Below are positions 55,316 to 64,000 of a stretch of 64,000 nt of DNA, piece by piece. The stretch is from Candidatus Zixiibacteriota bacterium (GTDB lineage Bacteria; Zixibacteria; MSB-5A5; GN15; FEB-12). The notes beneath the pieces were generated by a model. That model was not told where the DNA came from, ran no database searches, and was given only the letters and a program-made list of their open reading frames with translations. The first letter of the stretch is position 1; every line of letters begins with the position of its first letter. The stretch lies in contig JACZXB010000002.1 of NCBI GenBank assembly GCA_022571845.1, positions 173,925 to 237,924 of the forward strand, in the 5' to 3' direction. The translations under genes were made by a program, and so were the position numbers.

Positions 55316-57661
55316 ATGAGTCACGTCGTAGGTTCCATAGACGGTATAGTTTCAGGCCTCAACACCACCGAACTTATCGATTCAATTATCCAGTCCCAGC
55401 GTAGTAACGCTTTTCTGCTGGAATTTCAAGTTGAAAATAAAACTAACGAAGTTTCTACACTCAAAGCGCTGCAGGCAAAATTCTTAGCCTTAAGCACTCA
55501 AATAGCGAATCTAAAGAGAGTCAGCACGTTTGAAGCTTCATCGGTAAAAGTATCCGATGACACTATATTATCGGCGACGTCTACCGGAAGACTTGGCAGC
55601 GGCTCTTACAGCCTTCAGGTCTTGGAACTGGCCCGTAATCATCAGCTGGCCAGCCAGGGAATTTCCGATGATTCGGTGGCCTCGCTTGGAACCGGCACAA
55701 TTTCAATACAGGTCGGCGACGGTACTTCTGCAACAGTAACAATCGATTCTACCAACAACTCTTTAACAGGAATAAAAAGTGCCATTAACGACGCCGGACT
55801 CGGAGTTACTGCCTCTATTATAAACGACGGTTCATCTGAAAATCCGTACAGATTGTTGCTCACCTCTAACAAAACCGGCCTTCAAAGCAAAGTCACTATT
55901 TCGTCAACATTAACAGGCGGCACTAACCTGGACTTTGCAAATTCCTCGTTTGACGTACCGGAAACCATTTCATTTGCCAGTGGCTCTGATTCAATCGTAA
56001 CTCTGGGAGCTACCGCTTCATATTCCGGAAGCGAAAATAAAATTTATACTTTTACAGTTCAGGGCACAGGCGAGCAGACAGTCGGTACGGATACGATTAA
56101 TATTGACTGGAGCGATGGTACAAATTCCGGAACTATCACAGTCTCTACTGCTGCTACTGAAATTACTCTTACAGGAACCGGCTCAGACGGGCTGAAACTA
56201 AGTTTTTCCGCCGGAAAACTCAATGCCGGTGATACTTTTCAGGTACAAACGTTTGCACCGCTTCTGCAGGAAGGTTCTGATGCAAAAATCGCCTTAGGTT
56301 CTACAGGAGGCAGCGGTTCTGCCATAACTGTTACCTCAAGTAACAATACTTTTAAAGATGTTTTAGCCGGACTGGAGTTTACTGTTTTAGAAAAGACAGA
56401 TCCCGGAAAGAGCGTTACCATAACTACATCCATCAACACCTCGGCGATTCGCAATAGCATTAATGAATTCATAAGAACATATAATGATATTAACGAGTTT
56501 ATCGATGACCAGAATAGTTTCAACCAGGATACCGGCGTATCCGGAACACTCTTTGGTGATTTGACTGTCCAGACAGTTCAAAACACACTCAGGCGGACTC
56601 TCGGAGCCAGAATCAAAGGCATTGATACTAATTTCAATCAACTGTTTTCTATAGGAATTCGTACTCTGGGCGCGGGAGTTTTAGCAATTGCAGATTCCAG
56701 CAGACTTAATGATGCCCTCGAAAATAATCTTGATGATGTCATTACTCTCTTTACAGATGGCGCTTCGTCGAGTTCCTCATTTGTGACATTCTTTTCGGCT
56801 CAGCCTGAAACTGTTACAAGTGAATCATTTGAAGTGGATATAACCCAGGCTGCCACCCACGGCCGCTTTCAGGGAGCAGTCATTACCGACCCGGCCTCTA
56901 CTCCGATTGTCATCGACAGCAGCAATAGCCGCCTTAAAATCAAAGTTAATAAACTTGAATCAAATGAGATTATCCTGACCCAAGCCACCTATGATACCAC
57001 TGCGGAATTGATTAATGAAATCAATGAAAAGATACAGGCCGACGCGAAAATCGGGAAGCAAGGCATTGAAGTTGAATGGGTCTCTACTGGTGGCAGTACC
57101 GGTTATGTCCAATTCACAAGCAGCACCTATGGAACGAATTCCAAAATTGAAATCGTAGCTTCGCAGTCTAACTCAGCCCACGCTATATTGGGTCTGACCG
57201 GCGGTACTGCCTATGCCGGAGTTGATGTCGAGGGGACTATCAATGGTGAAAAGGCCGAAGGTTCGGGGCAGTTTCTTACCGGCCAAGAAGGCAATCTCAA
57301 GACAGACGGGCTGAAGCTCTTAATTGACCTGGACTCTACGCAGCTAATAGCCGGTGCCGAAGCAACTGTTACAGTTACCCGCGGCATCGCTTCACAGCTT
57401 GATGAATTCGTCGATTCAGTTATCGCGGTTGGCGAAGGTACCTTTGACCGCAGAATCAAGGCAACGGAAAACCAGATTTTAGATCTTAACAAAAGAATTG
57501 GTGAGATAGACGAAAGACTGGAGCTCAGGAGGCATTCCTTGATAGAGCAATTCATTGAACTGGAAACTTCACTGGGACGTCTCCAGGGCATTGGCCAATT
57601 TCTTACTACCCAACTTGCTTCACTGAACACAAACTGGGTTCTTGGCAGAAACAGAAATTAG
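55316..57661 (+). CDS. fliD: filament cap FliD, enlarged
   Basis: G..SGLNT..LI, V..LA..H, AIN.A..GVTASI, F...YN, QF..LE. Confidence 0.92.
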   Translation: MSHVVGSIDGIVSGLNTTELIDSIIQSQRSNAFLLEFQVENKTNEVSTLKALQAKFLALSTQIANLKRVSTFEASSVKVSDDTILSATSTGRLGSGSYSLQVLELARNHQLASQGISDDSVASLGTGTISIQVGDGTSATVTIDSTNNSLTGIKSAINDAGLGVTASIINDGSSENPYRLLLTSNKTGLQSKVTISSTLTGGTNLDFANSSFDVPETISFASGSDSIVTLGATASYSGSENKIYTFTVQGTGEQTVGTDTINIDWSDGTNSGTITVSTAATEITLTGTGSDGLKLSFSAGKLNAGDTFQVQTFAPLLQEGSDAKIALGSTGGSGSAITVTSSNNTFKDVLAGLEFTVLEKTDPGKSVTITTSINTSAIRNSINEFIRTYNDINEFIDDQNSFNQDTGVSGTLFGDLTVQTVQNTLRRTLGARIKGIDTNFNQLFSIGIRTLGAGVLAIADSSRLNDALENNLDDVITLFTDGASSSSSFVTFFSAQPETVTSESFEVDITQAATHGRFQGAVITDPASTPIVIDSSNSRLKIKVNKLESNEIILTQATYDTTAELINEINEKIQADAKIGKQGIEVEWVSTGGSTGYVQFTSSTYGTNSKIEIVASQSNSAHAILGLTGGTAYAGVDVEGTINGEKAEGSGQFLTGQEGNLKTDGLKLLIDLDSTQLIAGAEATVTVTRGIASQLDEFVDSVIAVGEGTFDRRIKATENQILDLNKRIGEIDERLELRRHSLIEQFIELETSLGRLQGIGQFLTTQLASLNTNWVLGRNRN

Positions 57662-57673
57662 AATCTTCAGCCT

Positions 57674-58111
57674 ATGAATAATAACTTAAAAGCCTATGAG
57701 TCTACCAGCACCCTGGGATTATCACAGGTAGATTTAATATTAAAAGTATATGATGGAGCAATCGGAGCTTTCACAGAGGCCGCCGAATTTTACAGCAATA
57801 ACGACTTAAACGCCGGCTACGAAAAGATGGAAAGAGCTAAGAAATTTGTGACCCATCTTTATACCACTTTGGACCCCGATAATGGCGGCGAAATTGCCGA
57901 GAGATTAGGCAAGATTTATGCATTCATGCTGAATCAGACTGATATTGCTCAAGCTACAAAAGATTTGAAAATTATTGACGATAATATAAGTGTGCTGAAG
58001 AATGTCAGGGAGGGCTGGCAGGGGCTGAAAGATCAGCAAAATAACGGCGCCGGAAGCAAGGCAGAAACAGGCAATAACGGTGCAAAACCAAAATTCGTAA
58101 CGTCGGCTTGA
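57674..58111 (+). CDS. fliS: flagellin chaperone FliS
   Basis: AY, LI...YDGAI, LD...GGEIA..L..IY, REGW. Confidence 0.92.
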   Translation: MNNNLKAYESTSTLGLSQVDLILKVYDGAIGAFTEAAEFYSNNDLNAGYEKMERAKKFVTHLYTTLDPDNGGEIAERLGKIYAFMLNQTDIAQATKDLKIIDDNISVLKNVREGWQGLKDQQNNGAGSKAETGNNGAKPKFVTSA

Positions 58112-58578
58112 ATTTTATGGGATCAATGGACTACAAGGTGCTCAATCAATTAGAACAGGAACTTTTGACCGTTTTAAAGAAAGAATATACGTTTTATCAG
58201 TCGCTCTACATTATGCTCGATAAACAAAGAGATCAGATAAAATTTAACAAAGATGACCGCTTACTTGACCTGTTTGCTGAGATTCAAAGGTTTCACGCCC
58301 GAATCAAGCAATCAGATGAAAAGGTAGCGCTCCTAAAAGCCCGCAACCAGGAAATCTTTGAGATGGCCTCAACTTTGCCGGAAGTAAAAAAGCTGAGCAA
58401 TAGTATTGCCACTCTGATTAAAAGGAGCATCGGTATTGTCAGCGACTGTGAAGAATATCTGCAGGGACGATACGACAGAATCAGGGAGGAGCTAAACAAG
58501 CTCAAAAATAGCCATAAAATCATAAACTATATGGGTGAGCCAGACAGCTCTCCATATTTTGTGGATGGAAATAATTGA
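58108..58578 (+). CDS. FlgN/FliT-like helical chaperone
   Basis: All-helical 156-aa ORF after fliS, ending Y...F.D like FlgN/FliT chaperones. Confidence 0.6.
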   Translation: MNFMGSMDYKVLNQLEQELLTVLKKEYTFYQSLYIMLDKQRDQIKFNKDDRLLDLFAEIQRFHARIKQSDEKVALLKARNQEIFEMASTLPEVKKLSNSIATLIKRSIGIVSDCEEYLQGRYDRIREELNKLKNSHKIINYMGEPDSSPYFVDGNN

Positions 58579-58643
58579 CCGGGTAAAAGGTAAGACGAAT
58601 AAAAGCGGGAAGCACTGCCGCATGGGAAGAAGGAGGTGCAGAT

Positions 58644-58832
58644 ATGCTTATGGGAAGCCAACAGCAGCATGAAAATCCGAAGAAAACGAGTAGAAGGAAT
58701 AAGTTAACTCAAAGCAAAGGTTCGGATAGAAGTGAAAAGATTGAGATGCTCAAAAGGCGGGTTCAGTCAGGCTTTTACAAAAGTGATGATGTCATTGAGA
58801 AAGTTGTCAAGAGGCTGACCGGGGAGATATAG
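58644..58832 (+). CDS. short FlgM-like anti-sigma28 protein
   Basis: RSEKIEMLKRRVQSGFY resembles the FlgM C-terminal R.EKV..LK..I..G.Y; AGGAGG RBS. Confidence 0.6.
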   Translation: MLMGSQQQHENPKKTSRRNKLTQSKGSDRSEKIEMLKRRVQSGFYKSDDVIEKVVKRLTGEI

Positions 58833-58862
58833 ACTCTCTTCGCATAAACAGATGGTAAATAT

Positions 58863-59744
58863 ATGGAAGCAGTAGCTATAGACAACAAAGTCAAACAAGT
58901 TATTTCAAATATTAATAACCTGCCGACTCCTCCGATCGTTTTTCAACAGATTCAAAAAGCTTTAAGCGAAGATGATGCCAGCGCGGCACAGGTAGCGGCA
59001 ATTCTTCAGGAAGACCCGGCCATCTCGGCCAAAGTGCTCAGACTTACCAACTCTGCTTTCTACGGTTTACCTCGTGAAATTGAGACTGTTAAACAAGCCG
59101 TAGTGATTATTGGTATGGAAGCGGTGCGTAATCTTGTTTTGTCTGCTTCGGTCCTCGACATGTTCCATGGTGATTCGCTCGACCGCCAGTACCAGGACCT
59201 TTTTTGGCGGCACTCGCTGGCTGTGGCTTCTGCCAGCCGACTGGTTGCCGCTAAGTCCAATACAAATGAACCGATTGATATTGACTCTTCATTCTCAGCA
59301 GGTCTTCTTCACGACATAGGTAAAATTGTAATTGCCTGTTATCTGCCTGACGAATTTAGTCAATTGGTTGAACGCCGACAAACCGATACCACAACTTCGG
59401 ATTACGATCTCGAAGAAATGGTGTTCGGTTATAATCATGCCCAGATTGGCGGGTTTTTGGGCAGTCAATGGAAACTGCCCACAAAACTTCAGCATGCCAT
59501 TGTCTTTCACCACGAACCCAGCAAATGCCCGGTTGAACTGCTGTCCCCATACGTAGTTCACGTCGGAAACTTCATCGCCAAGAAGTCTTTCTTTGACGAT
59601 GCTGAAGAACTGTTTAACGATAAGCTTGAAGACGGAGCTTTGGAAAGGCTCGGAATCTCCGAAGATATGATACCGGACCTGTGTGAAAGGCTCAAGGAAG
59701 AGTACCTGAAAGCTGAAACATTTGTTCAGATAGCCGGTGTCTAA
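58863..59744 (+). CDS. HDOD domain protein
   Basis: LPT.P, DPA.SAKVLRL.NSAFYG, FWRHS, GLLHDIG, HA..G......W.LP. Confidence 0.92.
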   Translation: MEAVAIDNKVKQVISNINNLPTPPIVFQQIQKALSEDDASAAQVAAILQEDPAISAKVLRLTNSAFYGLPREIETVKQAVVIIGMEAVRNLVLSASVLDMFHGDSLDRQYQDLFWRHSLAVASASRLVAAKSNTNEPIDIDSSFSAGLLHDIGKIVIACYLPDEFSQLVERRQTDTTTSDYDLEEMVFGYNHAQIGGFLGSQWKLPTKLQHAIVFHHEPSKCPVELLSPYVVHVGNFIAKKSFFDDAEELFNDKLEDGALERLGISEDMIPDLCERLKEEYLKAETFVQIAGV

Positions 59745-59959
59745 AGCTCTCGGCCCATATGTCCACGGAGCATGCCTTATCCGATGAGCCGCAGGTCATG
59801 AATCCTATTGAGAACCATCCAGGAATCAGAAAATCTCCCTAACTTTGGTCATATCTTTATCTTAGGCTAAACTTAGCCTTGACATTATCGATATAAGCTT
59901 ATATGAATTAGCCTTAGCGGCCATAGGCCGTTTGTTAGTTTCGATTATAAACAGCATAT

Positions 59960-60036
59960 GGGCGATTAGCTCAGTTGGTTAGAGTACTTGCTTGACATGC
60001 AAGGGGTCAGTGGTTCAAATCCACTATCGCCCACCA
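59960..60036 (+). tRNA. tRNA-Val(GAC)
   Basis: GGGCGAT/ATCGCCC stem, CTTGC-TTGACAT-GCAAG anticodon arm, GGTTCAAATCC, encoded CCA. Confidence 0.96.
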
Positions 60037-60117
60037 TTATGTTGGTATGTTGTTGCGGAAATCGTAGGTGAAAAGAACTTTGAGTTCTTGCTTTTCTGTT
60101 TTAGGAACTGAAAAGAA

Positions 60118-62052
60118 ATGTCAAATGTGCAAATAAAATTTCCGGACGGCTCAGTAAGAGATTTCGAATCCGGCGTTACCGGTTTCGATGTGGCCAAGTC
60201 AATTTCGCCCCGACTGGCCAAAGAAGCCGTGGCTATAAAAGTTGACGGCAAAGTTACTGACTTAAGCCGGCCGGTTGCAGACAGCGCACCGGTGCAAATA
60301 CTTACTTTTAATGATCCCGAAGGCCGCCAGGTGTTCTGGCATTCCAGTTCCCACATTATGGCACAGGCGGTACAGGAACTTTTTCCAAAGGTTAAGCTGG
60401 CCATAGGCCCGCCGATTGATACCGGCTGGTACTACGATTTCGAGGTCGATAAGCCCTTTACTCCTGAAGACCTGCAGCGTATTGAAAAGCGGATGAAAGA
60501 AATCGTCACCGAAAAGGCCGCATTCAGCTGTCAGGAAAAAACCCGCCAGGAAGCCATAGACTATTTCAAAGCGAAAGATGCCAATTATAAAGTAGAAATA
60601 TTAGAAGACCTGGATGTTGAAAAAGTCACTTTCTACTACCAGTCAAGATTTGAAGACCTCTGCCGCGGCCCGCATATTCCCAGCACCGGTATCGTCAAAG
60701 CATTTAAGCTGACTTCAACTTCCGGTGCTTACTGGCGCGGAGATGAAAAAAGACAAATGCTCCAGAGAATTTACGGAGTATCTTTTCCCAAGAAATCACT
60801 TTTAGATGAACATCTTCAACTTTTAGAAGAAGCCAAAAAGCGCGACCATCGACTGCTCGGCAAACAGCTGGAACTGTTTCTTTTTTCCGAGGAAGTTGGC
60901 GCCGGTTTGGTTTTATGGTTGCCCAAAGGCGCTCGTATTCGAAATGAAATAGAAAACTTCTGGCGGCAGGAACACCTGAAATATGGCTATGAGCTGCTCT
61001 ATTCTCCCCATATAGCCCATCGTTCTTTGTGGGAGCGGAGCGGCCATACTGATTTCTACAATGAGAGTATGTTTGGTCCGATGGAAGTCGACCAGCACCT
61101 GTATCAACTCAAGCCAATGAACTGTCCATTTCATATTATTATGTATAAGTCCCGTCTCTGGTCATATCGTGATTTGCCGCTGCGCTGGGCGGAGCTTGGT
61201 ACTGTCTATCGTTACGAACGCCCCGGAGTTCTGCACGGTCTGCTTAGAGTACGCGGCTTTACCCAGGACGATGCCCACCACTTTGTGGCACAAGACAAGA
61301 TGGAAGAAGAATTAAGCTGGACGCTTGATTTTTGCACTCACATTCTTGCCGCGTTTGGCTTCAAAAACTACGATATAAGACTTTCCACCAGACCGGAAAA
61401 AGCGATAGGCGACCCGGCCGACTGGCTGCGGGCCGAAGCCGGGCTCAAAATGGCTCTCGATAAAGCCGGCTTAAAATATGAAATTGACGAAGGCGGCGGT
61501 GCTTTCTATGGCCCCAAGATTGATATTTTGATTAAAGATTGCCTGAACCGCTCCTGGCAATGCTCTACGATACAGTTCGATTTCTCTCTGCCGGAACGAT
61601 TTGACATGAATTACATCGATTCCGACGGCAAACAAAAGCGCCCTTATATGATTCACCGGGCTTTGCTGGGCTCAATCGAAAGGTTTTTCGGGGTGCTGCT
61701 GGAGCATTATGGCGGTAATTTCCCGCTCTGGCTGGCGCCGGTTCAGGTCAAGATTCTGCCGATAACAGATAATTACATAGAGTTTGCTAAAGAAATTCGG
61801 GAAAAACTCCAATCTGCTGATATCAGAGCAGAAGTAGACGATCGCTCCGAAAAAATTGGGGCAAAAATTCGCGTTGCGGAGTTGATGAAAGTGCCATATA
61901 TGTTTATAGTGGGGGGCAAGGAAGTAGAGTCCAAAACGGTATCGGTCAGAAAACATGGCCAGGGTGACCAGGGACCTATGGCGATTGATGGAGTAATCGA
62001 AATGCTTGCCACCGAAATAGCTGGAAAAGGCTTGCAAGAAAACATTGACTAG
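60118..62052 (+). CDS. thrS: threonine--tRNA ligase
   Basis: TGS domain, DLCRGPH, RDHR, KPMNCP, RVRGFTQDDAH, FYGPK, IHRA..GS.ERF. Confidence 0.98.
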   Translation: MSNVQIKFPDGSVRDFESGVTGFDVAKSISPRLAKEAVAIKVDGKVTDLSRPVADSAPVQILTFNDPEGRQVFWHSSSHIMAQAVQELFPKVKLAIGPPIDTGWYYDFEVDKPFTPEDLQRIEKRMKEIVTEKAAFSCQEKTRQEAIDYFKAKDANYKVEILEDLDVEKVTFYYQSRFEDLCRGPHIPSTGIVKAFKLTSTSGAYWRGDEKRQMLQRIYGVSFPKKSLLDEHLQLLEEAKKRDHRLLGKQLELFLFSEEVGAGLVLWLPKGARIRNEIENFWRQEHLKYGYELLYSPHIAHRSLWERSGHTDFYNESMFGPMEVDQHLYQLKPMNCPFHIIMYKSRLWSYRDLPLRWAELGTVYRYERPGVLHGLLRVRGFTQDDAHHFVAQDKMEEELSWTLDFCTHILAAFGFKNYDIRLSTRPEKAIGDPADWLRAEAGLKMALDKAGLKYEIDEGGGAFYGPKIDILIKDCLNRSWQCSTIQFDFSLPERFDMNYIDSDGKQKRPYMIHRALLGSIERFFGVLLEHYGGNFPLWLAPVQVKILPITDNYIEFAKEIREKLQSADIRAEVDDRSEKIGAKIRVAELMKVPYMFIVGGKEVESKTVSVRKHGQGDQGPMAIDGVIEMLATEIAGKGLQENID

Positions 62053-62061
62053 GAGGAACTT

Positions 62062-62679
62062 ATAACAAGCAAAAAGAAGCTGCGCGTAAACGAAACTATT
62101 AGAATCTCTCCCATAAGGCTTATAGGAATGGAAGGAGAGCAGGTAGGTATAATTCCAACCAATGAGGCCATACAAAGAGCCAGGGATGCCGGACTTGATT
62201 TAGTCGAAGTTGCGCCAACCAGCCGCCCTCCTGTCTGCCGGATTCTCGATTATGGAAAATACAAGTACGAGCAATCCAAAAAAGAGCGCATATCCAAAAA
62301 GAAACAGCACTCTTTCCAGATGAAAGAGATGCGCTATCGGCCAAAAATCGACGAGCATGATTATCAGTTTAAAACTAAACATGTCAAAGAGTTTCTAAGC
62401 TCAGGCAGTAAAGTTCGGGCTTTTGTCATGTTTCGCGGCCGTGAAATGGCTTATACCGAAATGGGCAGAAAACTTCTGCAAAGGCTTGTTGAGGATGTAT
62501 CAGAAATTGCCGATGTTGAGTCAGCACCCAAGATGGAAGGCCGGACAATGAGCATGGTTGTGTCCCCTAACTCTCAGATAATGAAAGAGTTAAAGAAAGC
62601 TTACAGCGATAAGTCAGAAGACAAAAAGACTGAACCAGCTGATGAAGAAAAAGTTGAAAAAACAGCAAGCGAAGAGTAG
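62062..62679 (+). CDS. infC: translation initiation factor IF-3, non-canonical ATA start
   Basis: AGGAGG(62051-56), then in-frame ATA-ACA-AGC...LRVNETIR..IRLI; DLVEVAP, PPVC, DYGKYKY, FRGRE. Confidence 0.92.
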   Translation: MTSKKKLRVNETIRISPIRLIGMEGEQVGIIPTNEAIQRARDAGLDLVEVAPTSRPPVCRILDYGKYKYEQSKKERISKKKQHSFQMKEMRYRPKIDEHDYQFKTKHVKEFLSSGSKVRAFVMFRGREMAYTEMGRKLLQRLVEDVSEIADVESAPKMEGRTMSMVVSPNSQIMKELKKAYSDKSEDKKTEPADEEKVEKTASEE

Positions 62680-62721
62680 AAAAATTTACTATATTAGTCA
62701 GCTAGGAAGGAAATTTTAGAT

Positions 62722-62913
62722 ATGCCAAAGATGAAAACACGCCGCGCGGCCGCCAAAAGATTTAAGAAAACGGCCTCCGGTAAGATAAAAAGAAATCGTG
62801 CCTACAAGGGGCACATACTGACCAAGAAATCACCAAAGCGCAAACGCAAGCTGCGTAAGTCAACTCTGGTGTCCAAAGCTGATTTTAAGAGAGTAAATAG
62901 ATTAATTCAATAG
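62722..62913 (+). CDS. rpmI: 50S ribosomal protein L35
   Basis: [19 protein letters not shown]. Confidence 0.97.
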   Translation: MPKMKTRRAAAKRFKKTASGKIKRNRAYKGHILTKKSPKRKRKLRKSTLVSKADFKRVNRLIQ

Positions 62914-62944
62914 CTTGTTGGAATTGATTTAGGAGTAAAATTTA

Positions 62945-63295
62945 ATGCCAAGATCCAGAAATACAGTTGCCGGCCATAAGAGACACAAAAAAGTCCTCAA
63001 ACGTGCCCGGGGCAACTATGGCGCCCGCAGCCGCCTGTATAGAACAGCTGTTGAAACAGTCAACAAAGGCTTAAAATACGCCTACCGTGACAGAAGAAAT
63101 AAAAAACGAGAATTCCGTTCTTTATGGATAACTCGTATCTCAGCAGCAGCCAAAATTTGTGGTACAAATTATTCTACTCTTATGTTTGGACTAAAACAAT
63201 CCGGCGTAAACTTAAACCGAAAGATGCTGGCAGATATAGCCGCCCGTGATATGGCTACTTTCAAAAATCTGGCAGAGATGGCTGCAGTCAAATAA
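62945..63295 (+). CDS. rplT: 50S ribosomal protein L20
   Basis: YAYRDRR.KKR.FR.LWI.RI, LNRKMLA. Confidence 0.97.
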   Translation: MPRSRNTVAGHKRHKKVLKRARGNYGARSRLYRTAVETVNKGLKYAYRDRRNKKREFRSLWITRISAAAKICGTNYSTLMFGLKQSGVNLNRKMLADIAARDMATFKNLAEMAAVK

Positions 63296-63315
63296 ATTAA
63301 AATTCGAATATATAA

Positions 63316-64000
63316 ATGCCGCTTCTTGAACAGATTATTCAGTTAGAAAAAGAAGCTCTTGAGCGAATCGGAAACTCCGATTCGCTCGATTCGCTTAATG
63401 CCATTCAGGTTGAATATCTGGGACGAAAAGGAAAAGTTACTGCTGTTCTTAAACAGCTAAAAGACGTCCCCCCCCAAAAACGCCAGCAGATAGGTGCTGC
63501 TGCTAACAAACTTAGAGTAAAGCTCGAAAACTTACTTAAAGAAAAGCAGGCTGCCTTTGCCGTTTCAGGCACCAAGACAGTCTTCGACCCGACCCTGCCC
63601 GGCACAGCCCCCAGGGTGGGCGCTCCCCATATTATCAATCAGGTCATGGGGGAGATCTGCCAGATCTTTTATGGTATGGGTTTTGAAATTGCCCACGGAC
63701 CCCATATTGAAACCGATTATTTCAATTTTGAAGCGCTGAATTTTCCGCGCGACCATCCGGCCCGAGATATGCAGGACACTTTTTTTGTCGAAGGCGGACG
63801 GCTTCTTCGTACTCATACCACACCGGTACAGTCAAGAATACTGGCCAGCAGAAAACCACCCATAAAAATAATAACTCCCGGACTCTGTTTCCGCTATGAA
63901 ACAATAACCACCCGCTCCCATGTTGCCTTTTATCAGGTAGATGGTTTCATGGTCGACGAAGGAGTGACAATGGCTGACCTAAAAGGCGCTCTGGTGGCTT
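63316..64000 (+). CDS. pheS: phenylalanine--tRNA ligase alpha subunit, partial (runs off window end)
   Basis: Manual translation: YLGRKG, D.TLPG, NFEALNFPRDHPARDMQDTF, LLRTHTTPVQ, SH..F.Q. Not in the ORF track. Confidence 0.95.
   Translation, partial: MPLLEQIIQLEKEALERIGNSDSLDSLNAIQVEYLGRKGKVTAVLKQLKDVPPQKRQQIGAAANKLRVKLENLLKEKQAAFAVSGTKTVFDPTLPGTAPRVGAPHIINQVMGEICQIFYGMGFEIAHGPHIETDYFNFEALNFPRDHPARDMQDTFFVEGGRLLRTHTTPVQSRILASRKPPIKIITPGLCFRYETITTRSHVAFYQVDGFMVDEGVTMADLKGALVA

Noticed and set aside
24029-59959. Flagellar block as a tRNA-integrated genomic island
   Set aside because: It lies on the 5' side of tRNA-Val, with no integrase and no duplicated tRNA 3' end seen.

Overview
Bacterial chromosomal window, probably from an FCB-group uncultured lineage. 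A cohesin-dockerin protein and a FlgD-Ig 'QNYPNPFN' C-terminal domain suggest Ca. Zixibacteria; this is an inference. Layout: (i) 0.6-14 kb, a leucine/branched acyl-CoA catabolic cluster: AtuA-like protein, methylcrotonyl-CoA carboxylase subunits, hydratase, thiolase, hbd, two overlapping acyl-CoA dehydrogenases with complementary motif loss, bioY and ilvE. (ii) 14.6-18.5 kb, an accessory insert between rpiB and glyA: HNH nuclease, membrane protein, RNase HI with an extra C-terminal domain, membrane protein, secreted cupredoxin and a DoxX-like gene, with related GC-rich palindromes at several junctions. (iii) Housekeeping genes glyA, cutA, tatC, tRNA-Gly, DUF512 and der. (iv) 24-59.7 kb, a large flagellar block headed by an RsbU/RsbW/RsbV partner-switching module and a FleS/FleR-like sigma54 two-component system. 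It has recognisable sigma54 and sigma28 promoters, candidate enhancer sites, CsrA-like hairpins, enlarged FlgL/FliC/FliD and two TPR-glycosyltransferases. The fliK-flgDE-fliLMNOPQR-flhBAFG-fliA block is absent, and a cohesin-dockerin gene sits at that position. (v) tRNA-Val-thrS-infC(ATA start)-rpmI-rplT-pheS. Best candidates for undescribed systems: the sigma-less partner-switch wired into the flagellar hierarchy, the HNH/RNase H/membrane cassette, and a putative heteromeric acyl-CoA dehydrogenase plus AtuA route with a shared operator motif. All calls are by eye; no searches were run.
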